A stretch of 64,000 nt of DNA from the human T2T-CHM13v2.0 reference genome, Homo sapiens, in the NCBI RefSeq assembly GCF_009914755.1, contig NC_060927.1; one strand, written 5' to 3'. Numbering within the stretch: position 1 is the first letter of the stretch; the number at the start of each line of letters is the position of its first letter. The notes beneath the pieces were generated by a model that made no database searches, was not told the origin of the DNA, and saw nothing but the letters and a program-made list of their open reading frames with translations. Positions 47,220 to 63,558 of the stretch are shown piece by piece. The position numbers were made by a program, and so were the translations under genes.

Positions 47220-48490
47220 TTGTATAAAATAAACATTTTCAACAAAGGCGTTGAAAAAATTCAGTGTGAAAGAAAGGATTATTGTTGTTTTTTTCCAGTA
47301 AGTAATGTTGCAGCAACTAGCTATCTGTAAGAAAAGACAGAAGAAACTTGAATCCCCTAGTCCCTACCTCACACCATATACACCATACAGAAATAAATCT
47401 GAGATGGGTCATACATTTAAATGTAAAAGCTAAAACCATAAAGTATCTAAGAGAAAATATAGGAAATATGTTCCTGAACCCTAAGGCAGGCAAAACATAT
47501 CAGAGGCAATAACCATGAAGGAAAGAAATGGACATCATCATAATTAGAAATTTCTGTTCATCAAAAAACACTCATTATGAAATTAAAAAGGTAAGCTGCA
47601 GACTGAGAGAAAATATTAGGCAAGCTACAGACTGAGAGAAAATATTATATATATATATGTAATATATACTCTGAAATATATATATATATGTATAATCTGA
47701 CAAAGAACTCACATCCAGAATATATAAAGAACTTTTTCAATATGGAAAAGGTGGGGTGCAAAAGACTTGAATAGGGATTTCATTTTAAAAAATCCAAATG
47801 GTCAATAAACACATGAAAATGGGCTAAAAATTATTACTCTTCAGAGAAATGCAAATTAAAACCACCGGACGATATACTGTATACCCACAAGAATGGTTAA
47901 AATTAAGTAGTTAAAATTTAAAAGACTGATAATATCAAGTGTTGGAGAGAATGGAGCAACTAGAACTCCTATGAATTGCTGATGGAGTGTAAAATGATAC
48001 AACCACATTGGAAAGTGGTAGTTTCTAATAAAGTTCAACATACACTTTGCCCTTGTCCCAAAATTTCCACTCCTAGATATATAGACTAATGACTTGTTGA
48101 TAGCAGATTTATTAATAGCCAAAAACTAGTATCAATCCAAATGCTATCAGCAGGAGACTGAAGAAACAAACATAGCATGTTATTACACTGGAATACTACA
48201 CAGCAATAAAAAAGAACAAACTACTAATAAATCTGATAACATGGATGAATATCAAAAACATTATGCTAAGCAGATGAAACAAAGAGCACCTACATCATAC
48301 TTCCACTTATATGAAATTTAAAAACAGGCAAAACTAGTGGTTGAGCACATTGTAGTGATGGGAGAGAACTTTCTGGGGTGATGGAATGTTCTATATATAA
48401 CAATTGTAAAAAATGTGGGAACATATTATGTAGCTGTGCACTTAAAATTCGTGCATTTTACTATGCATAAATTATGCCTCAGTTTTCAAA
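47220..48490 (+). mobile_element. Old L1M 3' region
   Basis: 'ccctacctcacaccatatac...cagagaaatgcaaattaaaaccacc...ataatatcaagtgttggagagaatggagcaactagaactc...gaactttctggggtgatgg'. Confidence 0.8.
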
Positions 48491-49379
48491 AAGGAAAAGA
48501 AATTCCACCTGGACTCCTAAAATACGTGTAACCCAAATAAGAACTAGGAAGTCCCCAGCCACAAATATGTGGGTAGAATTACCTCGTCCTCCAGTTTAGA
48601 GAAGGGAAACCCTAGGCCTCCCCAAGAGTTTGGCTGATCTCTAAGGTCTGGCTCTCTTGATTCTCTTCTGATCACTCTGTTTTGCTCCACAGTGATTCAG
48701 GCATGAACTTAGTGTGCTCTTCCTTGACCCTGAAAAAAATAAATACCCTCATGCTAAGCTTTTAGCAAGTCCAGTTAGTTTTTTGCAGGTTTGGCGTCGC
48801 AGCAGGGGTCTCGCCATGGAGTATGGGCTGCTCTCCTGCCATCCCGCTGGCTGCACTGTCTCTCCCCTCCTCAACATGGAACAGAAACTCTGCTTTTCTC
48901 AAGCCAGGAAGCCAGACAACAATGGGGGTACAGGGATTCAGCTTCCATGCACTATGATGGCCAGAGCATGTTGAGTGTTGAGGGTTTAGTAGAAGAGAGG
49001 GAGTTAGTTCATGTTTTCCTAATATACCAGTCTACACATTGCCTCCAGTTTTATCTTCCTAAAGCACAAATGGCTTCTCTATAGCTCTGACTTTTCAGTG
49101 ACCTCCATTACCTAACAACTAAAGTGTAAGATCGTTCACCTGTTTTTCATGACCTGTCCTCAGTCAACCCTGCCCCCCACTTTCCCTCTTCACCACAAGG
49201 ATAGCCAGGAGGAATAACTATGTCCTCCCTTGAACACACACTTCAAATAGGGCCTTCACAGTCATTTTTAAAGCACTGTATTGGTGCAGTAGGAGTTAAG
49301 ACTCTAACGAAAAACATTAGAGGAAGAAGTATAACAGTGAGACCAAGAGACACACAAAGAAGGCATTCAAAAGGCAGTG

Positions 49380-50005
49380 CTTTTATATTCTAGCTTTTTG
49401 GGGGTGTAACTTACATATGATAAAGTCCACCCACTTTTTTATTTTTTTATTTTTTTGGTGTGGAAACAAGACCACCCACTTTAAGTGCACAATCTGATGA
49501 AGTTTGGTAATCATATACTGTTGTGTAGCCACTATCGCAATCCATGTATAGAACAATTCCATCTCCCTAAGACGTTTTCTTGCGCCCCTTTACAGTGCAT
49601 TCCATCCCTCACCTCAGCCTCAAGCAACCTCTGATCTCCTTTTTGTCACTATAATTTTGCCTCTTCTAAGGTCTCATCTAAATGGAATAATATAGTCCAT
49701 GGCCTCCTGTGTTTGCTTTCTTTCACTTCTTCTTACATTGTCTTGTTTTTGAGGTTTACCTATGTGATTTAATGTATTACTATTTTGTTCCTTTTTATTG
49801 TTAAGTAGTATTCTATACTGTGACTCTACCACAACTATTCTTACCATTCACCAGTTGATGGACAAGGAGTTTTCTTCGGTTTTGAATCATTATGAATAAT
49901 GCAGCTGTTAGCATTCATATGCCAGTCTTTGTGCAGACATATTTCATTTCTCCTGGGGAAATAGCTAGCAGTAGGAACGGTGGGTTGCATGGTAAGTGTA
50001 TGCAT
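49380..50005 (-). mobile_element. Old L1M 3' end
   Basis: 'cacccactttaagtgcacaatctgatgaagtttgg...ccattcaccagttgatggac...tatgaataatgcagctgttagcattc'. Confidence 0.75.
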
Positions 50006-51150
50006 CCACACATCTACTCCTGGCAATGGGTAGAAGCGCAATTAGCTGGGGAAGTTCAGAGCCCAGGCCTGTAACTAAAGCTGGAGACAAGCCCAAATTC
50101 TCAGTATCTTTATGGTGCAAGAGCTCTAAGCCAACAGTAAAGTAAGAACTGGGCTGGGGCTTGTGTACCTCCTAGGACCTGGTAGCGGAAACCACCCCAT
50201 AGGAAAGCCCCACAAACCAGCCACAAAAGAGAAAACTCACATAAAAGATAACTCCTGTGGCAGATGAGCTCACAGACAAGAAATATGAAATATATGAGGA
50301 TATCTAGCTCCAGAAACACAGTCTGCATAATTCATACCAAAAAATCCAAAAAGCAATCTTAAAGGTACCTTTAAAATAAATGTGTATTTAATCAACTGTT
50401 TGTTTAACTTAAGTAAACAATTAATACAGAGATATGAATTGTGCTTTTCTCTTTTGCACTTCCTTGTGTGCGACTCTTTCCCTGTCAAACAGAGGCACAC
50501 ATACTACTCTTGAGAAGAACTAGGATTGTTATAGGAGGAATACAAAACACAAAAGCAATATTTGCTTTGGGGAAGTTTTTACTTCTAAAATAAATTATTG
50601 AGAATCAATAGGAAAAAGCTGAAAGTACAGGGCATAGACCCTAGAAAGAGAAGGGTAGACTTGTGGTTTACCATATCTCTTACCACTGGGGAGATTCAAT
50701 AAGGATGGCCTGGACTAGGATGTCAGCAGACAACTAAAAATGGGCTTCAGGCTTGGAAAAACGTCAGGGGCCTTAATATGAAAGGACTTGACTTGGGGAG
50801 GTCACATGAAGATGAGTAGAACCAGTGGCCTATGAAAGCTGAGCCAAAGTCTTCAGATGACCTGTGGCCTCTTGAGGGAGCACCTTGTCATCCACATTCG
50901 CTGTTCTTCTTAATCCACAGGGTAAAGGCATTCTATGGAGAGATACTTGTGTAGCACCCCTTAGTTTAGCCTGTAAGACACTCACTTAGCTCCAAGAGTT
51001 TGCCAAGCACCCACCAAACATCATTATAAAGAAACAAGCACCTCCCTGTATTGTGATATAGAACAGTCTCCAAAATATATTGTTAGGAATAAAACAAAAA
51101 GTATAATAATTTATGTAGGATACCATTTTTATAAAAGAAAACCTATATAG

Positions 51151-51495
<345 letters not shown>

Positions 51496-52599
51496 TCCAA
51501 TTATTTTTATATTTGTATGTGTAAAGAATGTCTCTGAAGGATACAGAAGAAGTTGGTGCCAATAATTGTCTCTGGAGAGTAGAAGGGTGTCTGAGGAATT
51601 AAGTGAGCGAATAATTCCTTATATTGTAAAGCCTGGTTCCTTCCAAACATTTTTATCCTGTGTATGTATTATATATTCCCAAAATTGAATAAAATAATAT
51701 ACATAAATATTCACACAATGTGGCCATTTTGCTTCTAGATAAGTTGTCTGCAGAAGCCCTCACTCATGTAAAAAGGAGAAAAAATGCAACGTTGTTTGTA
51801 AGAATGAAACACCAGAAACAACGAAAATCGTCATCAATAGAGAAATGAGTATGTAAAATATGAACTAGAATATAGCAATTAGATAGGTAGACTAAATAGA
51901 TAGGTCTAGCATAAAATAGCATATCACAGTTAAAGGAAATGAACAGGATTGATCTATCTGTGGATTGATCTATGTGTATATCAACATAGAAAGGCTCAAA
52001 AACATGTTGAATAGAAAAAGGAACATAACATAGAATATATTTAGCATACAATTTAAGTGAAATTTTAAAGACACACCAAGTAAGACATATTTTAATTTTA
52101 AAGACACACATATAAAAATGGCCTGGAAGGATATTAATTCACCATGTACTTTGCCTTCTGGAAGGCAAGGTTGCGTGGGGTGTGGGGCTTCCTCCATATC
52201 TGTAATATTTTATTTCCTAAAAATAACTACAAAAATAAAAAACAGCAAGCAAATATGACAAAAGGGTTAAAAGTTTTAATTCTGAGTGATAGAAATATAG
52301 ATGTTTGTTATTTTATTCTTTGTGTTTTACTGTATGTTAAACATTTCCAGATATTTAAATAAGAGTAAAGAAGACACATCCAGCCAAGGTCCTCCAGATA
52401 GATCCTTTTGCTTTCTTTCTAAAGTCAAGTAAATTCTAAACTAACCTTGACATTATTAGTAAGTTTTGCTTTAAAAAAAATAAAATTTTGTGTTAGAAGT
52501 TTTAAAACATTTGGAAATTCTAGTTGCGGCTTCAGATTTCATAATTCAGATGATGCAACAGGATGGAACCATTGTCAAAGAGAATGCAGGGACGTTTGA

Positions 52600-52867
52600 T
52601 GCTTGTTAGGACATGACTCCTGTACTTGCCCATTTGTTCATCCTCCAACCCCTCTTTCTTCCAAATTCCATGTAGCATATTCTCTCCAGGAAGCAAGAAG
52701 ACTTGCCTGGCGGCATACTCATTTTCCCCATGCCTCTTTGCTGTTTGTGGAAAATAAAGCATTCTATAGGCGGAGCTAGTGAACGCCTCTTTTAAAACAC
52801 GAGTCTCCACACTTCCCTGTTCACTTTGGTTCCAGCATCCTGTCCAGCAAAGAAGCAATCAGCCAAA
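52600..52867 (+). promoter_or_regulatory. CSTA: CSTA proximal promoter and 5' UTR
   Basis: Lies directly upstream of the CSTA ATG; TATA-like TTTTAAAA at 52790-52797; AP-1-like TGACTCC at 52614-52620; exact TSS not determinable from sequence. Confidence 0.6.
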
Positions 52868-52933
52868 ATGATACCTGGAGGCTTATCTGAGGCCAAACCC
52901 GCCACTCCAGAAATCCAGGAGATTGTTGATAAG
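52868..52933 (+). CDS. CSTA: Cystatin A (stefin A) exon 1 coding part, MIPGGLSEAKPATPEIQEIVDK
   Basis: 22 codons matching the stefin A N-terminus (conserved Gly4); AAAATGA Kozak context; AAG|GTGAGT donor at 52934; too short for the ORF track. Confidence 0.97.
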
Positions 52934-53577
52934 GTGAGTTGATGCCATTCAGGAAAAAGTCTGAGCCAAAATCTTGATTCATAAGTTGTCCCTGTGGAAA
53001 GGCTGTGGTTGAACATGAAAACCAGAAGTTTAGGATGTTTGTGGCTTTGTTCAGGTTTCTTTACAACTAAGATGAAATAAGAGTTTTTCAGATGAAGCCT
53101 CAAATAATCCCCAAACTGTGAGTGTGACCTTGAGCAAATCACATTTCTTCTCTGAGCTTCATTTTCTCCATGGGTAAAAGAATTTGTATTGTATCTTCTC
53201 TAAAGCTCTTACAAGATATGATTCTAGAATTACTAATTCAGTTTCTGATGAAACTTTTCTAATCTCACCAAGTGAAGCCAACGTGTAATTGAAGTCTAAG
53301 GTTATTAACAATTTGATGAAGTAGTCTTGGAATGCACTGCAGGGAAAATTTTTTTAAATAGATTGAATGAAGAATAATATTGTAAAGGCAATCTACTTAC
53401 AAACTTCATACACTTTTGCCCAAATAGATAGTGTTTTAGTCTTTTCATAGTTAAAGGGTAATTCAACTAATAGAACAGAGGTGACAGTCTATAGTGACTC
53501 CGAAATGTCATAGGGCACCAAATTATATATGGAAAAATAGAACTCAATGTTGTTAGCAGATTGATGTGTTTTTCACT

Positions 53578-53903
53578 TCTTCTTTTTTGTTTTGTTTTGT
53601 TTCATTTTTAAGAGATGGGGTCTCACTCTGTCACCCAGGCTGGAGTGCAATGGTCTGATCACGGCTCACTGTAGCCTCAACTTTTTGAGTTCAAGCGATC
53701 CTCCCCTCAGCCTCCTGAGTAGCTGGGATTACAGACATATGCCACCACGCCTGGCTGATTTGGGGGGTTTTGTTTTGTTTTGTTTTTAGAGATGGCATTT
53801 CATTCTGTTGCTAGACTGGTCTTGAATTCCTGGGCTCAAGCCATCCACTCACCTAGGCTTCCCAAAGTATTGGGATTACAGGCGTGAGCCACCACACCCA
53901 TCC
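53578..53903 (-). mobile_element. AluJ
   Basis: Reverse dimer with J-type features. Confidence 0.9.
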
Positions 53904-54308
53904 CTGATATATTTTTCTTTGTGTGATTAGCTATCATCTAGCTATGTAGTAAACATTTATTTGCATATTTTATGAAAGGAAAACATGTACAAATTACTAT
54001 TTTAGGTTTTTAGTTTGTTGCCTTATTTTCTTATATTATTCCTTCTTATTTTTTCTCTCTGAAACATCATTCTATGACAGCTTGGAAAACAAGATCAGCT
54101 TTTTGTGTGATTATAAGAGTTGGGATCCTGTATATTCTGGGAACTAGAAAGCTCTCTAAGGGGCCAGATGCCTAGAATCCCATCACTCATTCTTGGGGAC
54201 TAATTATTTCTCTTTCAAGAGTTCTTTTTTTAAATAAATATCTTGGAGCTTTTTTCCTGGGAGATGATATTAAGTCAGTAATGTCTTCATGTGAATCCCC
54301 AGATCAGA

Positions 54309-54450
54309 TCAATGTTCTCAAACTTGAATGTGCACATGAATCACCTGCACGTCTTGATAAACCTTAGATTCTGATTCAGGGGACCTGGGGTAGGTCTGAG
54401 ATTCTGCATTTCTACCAGACTCCCAAGTGCTGCTGCTGCTGCCACCCATG
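54309..54450. mobile_element. MER5-like hAT MITE
   Basis: 'gttctcaaacttgaatgtgcacatgaatcacctg...gattctgattcag...ctgagattctgcatttcta'. Confidence 0.7.
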
Positions 54451-54530
54451 GCCTTGCTTGCTGGCAGGACCAGAGATATATGGCATCCTACAAGGCCAGT
54501 GGGAGATGGGGCTTTAAAAGTCAGGGTGCA

Positions 54531-55188
<658 letters not shown>

Positions 55189-55791
55189 CTACCTATGTCA
55201 GAGCTGTAAGGACTAAGTGAGATAATGTGCATAAAAATGACTTGAAAATGAAAAAGAAATGTGCATAGGTGAGGTATCACAATTGTTTACTTCAAATTTG
55301 TGGCTGAAAGCATCCCTGACCCTAAAAAATCCCCCTGAGACTCTCTAAGGAACAGAGCTGTAGGAACATAGGGAAAAATAAATTTGAAATAGAGACAGTA
55401 CAGAAAATTTTAATGATTTTTAAAAAAATCTATCACTCGATTAGCAAGAATTATTAATTTTTAAAATAAGAAGCTACCAGAAGGCCTTGCATTGCTAATA
55501 ACACCTATCTGTGAGCCCCATCTTAAATTATAAAATTAATTTGAAAGTGTGTGTGTGGCAGGGAGGAAGCTGCTTCCCTTTGGCTCCAATGTCATCAGAG
55601 AGGTAGAATGAGAGATAAGTATTAAGAACAGCTACCTCACCCCAGAAAGGGGTTTTGCAGTTTTTAAAAGCTTGACCTCCATTCGAGCTCTGATTTCATC
55701 TTCATAACCCCTGGAGCAGGCAGGGAAGATATTGTGTCTATCTTGCAGATGATGAAACCAAGATTCAAAGAGATTAAGAGTCACTTAATTA

Positions 55792-56104
<313 letters not shown>

Positions 56105-56268
56105 TTAAGAAGTTAGCTCACCCCCAGTGTTTGACTGCCTGCCCTCTCTACCACACAGTGGCAGAACACAGAGGAGCTTTGTTAGGAAACGGAAATACAC
56201 TGAATGGAGAGAGTGTGGTAAGTTTGTCTTCTCAGTGGAAGCACCAGCCTCACAGTTAAGTCCATATA

Positions 56269-56839
<571 letters not shown>

Positions 56840-56865
56840 AAAATAAAATTTTTTACTCCTTAGAA

Positions 56866-57163
56866 GGACTGGTGCGGTGGCTCTCGGCTGTAATCCCAGC
56901 ACTTTAGAAGGCAGAAGCGGGCAGATTGCTTGATCTGGGTGGTTCAAGGGCATCATGACAAAACCCTGTCTCTACCCCCTCCAAAATACAAAAAAATAGC
57001 CAGGTAGTACACGCCTGTAGTCCCAGCTACTTGGGAGGCTTAGGTGAGAGAATCACTTGCACTCAGGAAGTTGAGGATGCAGTGAGCCATGATCACGCCA
57101 CTGCACTCCAGCCTGGCCAACAAAGCGAGACTCTGTTTCAAAAAATAAATAAATAAATAAATA
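56866..57163 (+). mobile_element. AluJ, diverged
   Basis: Dimer with (AAAT)n tail. Confidence 0.88.
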
Positions 57164-58675
57164 CAGGAAATGAATATCACTGAATCATTTCATAGTAGGT
57201 GCATTTCTTGTATATCTCCTAGGTGTCTAGCATTATGCTAATTATTATAGAAGCTACATGAGGTCTATAAGATATGGCCCCTGGCCTCTAGGAGTTTACA
57301 GGGTAGTTGGGAAAATCGAGATATCTGGAACATAATATAAAACAATATCCAATTAAGTGCTTTTTTTATAATCACAGGTTTTGGACCAGAAAAGATGTTA
57401 GAGATTGCTGGTCAAACCTCCTTCCTTTCAGGTGAATAATTACTGTGAGGCAGTTCAGCTCCTCTGGTGTTAAAGCCCCAATTATCACTTATCTGCCCTC
57501 TCTTGCAGGAGTGAGCCTTAGGGCACAATTTCCAATTCAGTGTTAGAAGGTAGAGGAAGAGTTGGAAAACTCTTTGTAGTTTAGGAAGCACTTTCACGTC
57601 AATTATATCATTTATGCCCCTACAAACAGCCCCAAGAGGCAGGTATTATTATAACCGCTTTATAGGTGAGAAACTTGAGTCAATTCCTTCTCCAAAATTA
57701 CAGTTAGGTCCCCATGCAGGAATAGGGAAAATGGATAGATGCTAGTAATTTAGGGACAATCTCCACTACCTGTCACTTACTTGCTAGTTTTATTATTTTT
57801 TATTTTTGAATGTATCTCTGTTTTTTAAAATCACCTGTTAAAGTGGAAGTATTCTCAGAGGAGCTGAAGTTTATCAGCTTTCCTTGGACTTCTCAGAGAG
57901 CTTCTTAGTGGAAGGCCAACTGAAGAACCCCATTAGAAGGAGAGAAAGAAGGAAGAAAAAGATCATCACATAGAAAAGGGAAGAGTGTCAAAGACAAATG
58001 ATAACTGCATGACCAAGGAATTTGATATCACAGTGAAAGAGGAATATTGGATGAGGGCAGAAAGAAAAGAAAGGCAAACAAGGGATGGCAATTGAGAAAA
58101 CTTGAATGTTTTTGAAGGCAGGAGAAATGAGTTTTCCCATTCTGAAGATAACAGAGACTGAACATGTCATTGTAGCACCATGTACTAAAGTACACTTGGA
58201 AGAAAACCCTCTTCCAAGATTCTCCGTATTAGCTGATGTCATTGCTATACTCATCTTTCCTATTTGGGGAGACAAGTTGTCAGGATGGAAAACAACTGTG
58301 GTCTTTTCATTCAGAAAACATTGATTAGGTAGACAGAACTGTGTGAATTGCTATGGGGGTAGCAGGGACATAAAATAGTGCCTGCCCTTTGGGAAATTAA
58401 TAAAATAGAATGGAGCTAAGAGGGACACATCCAGAAAGACAGAGCCATACACAGGCCCATTCATGAAAAGCCACAATCTGTATAACGAAGAACCAAATAA
58501 ATGAATGGCCCAACAGCAAAAGCCTCCGGATCATTATTGCTGATCCATTATCTTATATAATATGTTAATAAGCATTTTGATGAGAATTGTGAGCATATTT
58601 ATGAGAAGGAAAGAAATGTTATTTAATTGTTTTTAGAGGTAAGGGCTACTATACATGCAATGTGCATGCACACAA

Positions 58676-58678
<3 letters not shown>

Positions 58679-58713
<35 letters not shown>
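58679..58713. repeat. (AC)n microsatellite
   Basis: ~17 perfect units. Confidence 0.95.
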
Positions 58714-58716
<3 letters not shown>

Positions 58717-59408
58717 CCCTTAGTCATAAACCTAATTGCTGAATACTATTCCTGGCCAACACACAGAACATGATTTTTGTCAGTCAGGACACCGCACAAA
58801 CACTTCATCTGCATACCATCCTGGGCACACCCTGGAACTTAGCATGTCATGGCTCTCACCCCATCCACAAATTTGCATTCCCCTCTCTGACCACAGCCTC
58901 CTTATTAGTCGCCTCTCCCACTGTCCCACACCCAAAGAACCTGTCATTCAGCCACACCAGAATCCTTCAGGCACCTACCTTCCCAACTTCATGAGAACAT
59001 GCCCAGGCCCACTGAGTCTCTCATCCAGCCTGGACCCCATGACAGGAGGGTAGCTTCAAATACTCCTCCACTCATGATGATTTCCTTGACCCTGGGAGCT
59101 CCTGACATTCTAATTCTCAATTAAAGGTCACACCCACTGCCACCACTTTCTATGCAGCTACTACTGTTCCAGAATCAAAGAACTTTGCCAAAGCAAGGTG
59201 CAGAACCACAGAAAACTCACCATTACAAACCTGTGGATTAATGCTTAACAACCCGGACAGGACCCAGGGCTGCCAGAACATTCTTGCAGTCATATTTGTT
59301 GGTCTTTTTCTAGAAACCCCACAAATGTAAATCTCTCTTCAGTTGCTCATTGCCTCCCACCCCCATGGTCCCTCCAGCAGGATGTCTCAGTTCCTACTCT
59401 TCTTAGGC

Positions 59409-59733
59409 CAGCTGTCCCCAACCTTTTTGGTACCTTTGTGGAAGGCAATTTTTCCACAGATGGGGTGGAGGGGATAGTTTTGGGATGAAGCTGTTCCACC
59501 TCAGATCATCAGGCATTATTTTCTCATAAGGAGCACGCAACCTTGATCCTTTGCATGCAGTTCACAATAGGGTTCCCACTCCTATGAGAATCTAATGCTG
59601 CCGCTAATCTGACAGGAGGCGGAGCTCAGGCCATAATGCTCACTGGCCCACTGCTCCCCTCCTGCTGTGCAGCCCGATTCCTAACAGGCCATGGATGGGT
59701 ACTGGTCTGCAGCCCAGGGGTTGGGAACACCTG
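59409..59733 (+). mobile_element. MER1B-like hAT-Charlie element
   Basis: TIRs CAGCTGTCCCCAACC...GGTTGGGAACACCTG; 8-bp TSD TCTTAGG(C/A). Confidence 0.88.
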
Positions 59734-60798
59734 TCTTAGGAGATTGCAGATCTCTGGTAAGAAAATGCCCCAGCTGACCCTATCTCTTGCTGGATCTCAT
59801 TCCTCCCTAGACTCTATTCTCCTCTCTTCAGCCAGTCCTTCCTCTCTTAGCCAGGTGACTTCATTTCTTGCATCCTCAATGCCTTGTCCCATACTTCCTT
59901 CTTCCTTCAAAACATACTTAGACAATAAATGTCCACAAGTCACATCTTACTGGCCCTACTGTCCTTTCATGTTACTATTCAAACTCTCCTTCCTTACTCT
60001 CTAAATCTCCCCCAAATGTAATTCATCCACTTTGCCATCAATATCTTTCTATCTATTTTCTATTAAATTAGGCACAGTCCTATTGTTTCTGTAGAATGAC
60101 TACAGATTAGGGGAAAAGCCTGAGTGTTGGGTGCCTCATGGCTCAAATCCTCAGATCTCAGAGAATAAACACCTCACCAAGATTCATGCTCAGTAGCAAT
60201 GAGAAATGCTTGAAGAACTCTGGGTTAAATGCATTATACCAGGTGCTTCTCCCTGGTAGCCTCCTCCCCGGCTGGAGACCAAGCGACAAACCTCCACTGT
60301 ATTCCTTGAGCTCCCGTCACCATCACGCGTGGCAGACTGAGAAAGGTGAAGGCCAACTGCATTCAGCAGGAGATGTGTCCGTTCACCGCCAGTCTCCCAC
60401 CACCGTTCCCAGCTGGCCTGCATCCTCCTAGTGCCCATCCTGGGGAGTCTTTCAGCACCAAGCTACCTTCTGAGACTTAAGTTTCACTGACAAGCTCCCC
60501 TACTCTGCCCCTTTCCCTGCTCCTCAGCTCAAATCTCATCACTCAGGTCCATGTCATCTAACATTAAACCATGCAAATCTATTTTACTGGGAAGAGGGAG
60601 GGAGGCTGCAAGTTACAAGTAGAGTGAACCAGAAATCAAGGTCCACAGTCTGACAGGTGCCAGAACACTTCAAGAAACAAACCAGATCTTTTAAATCCCC
60701 TCTCTCATGGAAAATTCTGCATTTGTGGATTACACAGATACGATGGAAAAGTTAAAGATTTGGATATATTTCTAGGACAGATAGAAATAAAAACTTAG

Positions 60799-61077
<279 letters not shown>

Positions 61078-61109
61078 GAAAGAGAGAGAGAAGAAAGAAA
61101 GAAAAGAAA

Positions 61110-61158
<49 letters not shown>

Positions 61159-61325
61159 AGAAAGAGAGAGAGAGGAAGGAAGGAAAAGGAAAGGAAAGGA
61201 AGGAAGGAAAAGGAAAAGAAAGGAAGAAAAAAGGAAGAAAGAAAGAAGAAAGAAAGAGAGAGAGAAAGAAAGAAAAAGAAAGAAAGAGAAAGAAAGAGAA
61301 AGAAAGAAAGAAAAGAAAAGAAAGG
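61078..61325. repeat. ~248-nt pure purine (GAAA/GGAA/GA)n tract
   Basis: Only A and G on the + strand over the whole interval. Confidence 0.95.
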
Positions 61326-61944
61326 CTGGTTGGCTTAGGATACGTGCTTAAAAAGAAACATGACTGAAAAGCAGAAGGAACACAGATCAGATATATAAGT
61401 TATCATGCAAGGACTTTAAAATAACTATGTTGAATAATTTTTCAACTTTAAGCAGTCATGCTCAACTCATAGCCTTAGATTCTCCATTCATAAAATGAGG
61501 TTTAAATGGATACTTTGGGGGTTAGTGTAGAGATTAACTCTTTCAAACTCAGCTCCTAACTTGACTGGTGCCAAGTACTGGCCATCCCTCCTTTGGAATT
61601 TTGAAAGGCTTTGGAAAGGGACCCTAAGACAATAACCTGTTTCCTTACTCTACTTCTCTGTGCATCCTTTCTCCGCTCTCCTGCCCCTAGCTCTTCCCAC
61701 TTCTGGTTTGTCCTCACTATTTGTCTTCTCCCTTTCTCCACTTTGAAATTTCATTTCCATCTCAACAGAACAATCACACTTTTCCCGTCTATTCTCAAGG
61801 TTACAGGAGAACTGAGTGGTGGTCCGTGGAGTGTTTGGCCTTTCAGAAATGGTCTGAGAACTCACAGTTTGCATATGTCTACATCTTTGAAAACAGTTCT
61901 GGTACTCAAACTGAGGCATCAGTAGTAAAGGTTCAAAACATCTG

Positions 61945-62072
61945 CCCAGGGAGGATTGTTTGAGTCCAGGAATTCGAGGCTGCAGTGAACTATGATCACG
62001 CCACTGCACTCCAGCCTGGGTGAGGGGGAGATTCTGTCTCTTAAATTTAAAAAAACAAAAAACAAAAAAAAC
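61945..62072 (+). mobile_element. Alu right-monomer fragment (FRAM/AluJ)
   Basis: 'ggaggattgtttgagtccaggaattcgaggctgcagtgaactatgatcacgccactgcactccagcctggg'. Confidence 0.85.
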
Positions 62073-62782
62073 CTGCCCACTGATAGGAAGGACTGCCTTG
62101 GGAGAATCCTAGATGGACTGGAGGCCTGATTGAAGTTGTATGGACATGCAATGCTTTCATGAAGGGCATAAAAGCAAGTTCTCAATAAACAAGGTACATT
62201 CAACACAGAGAGTTATATCCTTTTTCCTCCAAAAGACAGAAAAGAATTGGGGTTGAAGGACAAATCCACAGACATAAAGACAACAAGAGATAGGCAAGTA
62301 CCACCTCAGAAATACCAATAAAATTTTGGAAGTTGGAAAACAGATGAACAATGGAAAATGCTGAGCAGTCTAAACAGAAGCTAAGCCCATAGAGGGGAAA
62401 GTCTAAGCCAGAAGCAAGCAGATTCACACTGCAGAACGTCACAATGGCGCAGGCATGAGCAACACCAAAAAGTCGTAGCCAGGAGTAAGGTCTCAGACCA
62501 AAAGCAAGAGGACTGATCTGTATGAAGGACAGTGAGACCTCCCATAGTTCCTTCTCCCTCACTGTCCTCCACCCCGGCAGAAGACGAGCTTTACACTTAG
62601 CAGGAACTGAGTCAAGAGCTCATAGTAGACTCTTGCATATCAGGCCCAGCTGAGAGTGGGAATGAAGCACTGTACAGAAAGTTGATGGGCTCAGTAAAAG
62701 TTTACATATTGAATTTGGGACTGTCTCCCTTCTCATGCTGGGTTCGGGAATGCTGACATTTAAACCCAACCCATATCCCTCC

Positions 62783-62962
62783 ATGGTAGACAGAATGATG
62801 GCCCTCCAAAGATGTCCATGTCCTAATCCCTGGAACCTGTGACTAGGTTCCTTTACACAGCAAAAGAGACTTTGCAGGTGTGATTAAGTTAAGGCTCTGG
62901 AGATGGAGAGGTTATCCTGGATTATCCAGGTAAGCCCATGCAATCACAGGGTCTTTATAAGA
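62783..62962 (+). mobile_element. MLT1 LTR 5' fragment
   Basis: 'tggtagacagaatgatggccctccaaagatgtccatgtcctaatccctggaacctgtga'. Confidence 0.8.
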
Positions 62963-63173
62963 ATTATACCCAAATACTGCACTCTAGTTAGTATATTGTT
63001 TTCCACAGGGGTATAGGTCAACAATTCTGAAATTATTTTATGTATATGCTAGAACTGAGAAAATAGGCAAATACATTGCAAATAATAAGAACCAGGATTC
63101 TTCCTCAGTGTTTGAGAAAGGAGTTATAATAAGGAAAAGGGAAAAGCTAAATGAGTCCTGTGGTATTTGATTT

Positions 63174-63497
<324 letters not shown>

Positions 63498-63522
63498 GTG
63501 GTATTTGATTTTAATCAGAGGA

Positions 63523-63558
<36 letters not shown>

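Noticed and set aside
49454-49471. CCA-like end on the - strand suggesting a tRNA fragment
   Set aside because: No T-arm (GTTCRA) or acceptor-stem match visible; the final A belongs to the polyA
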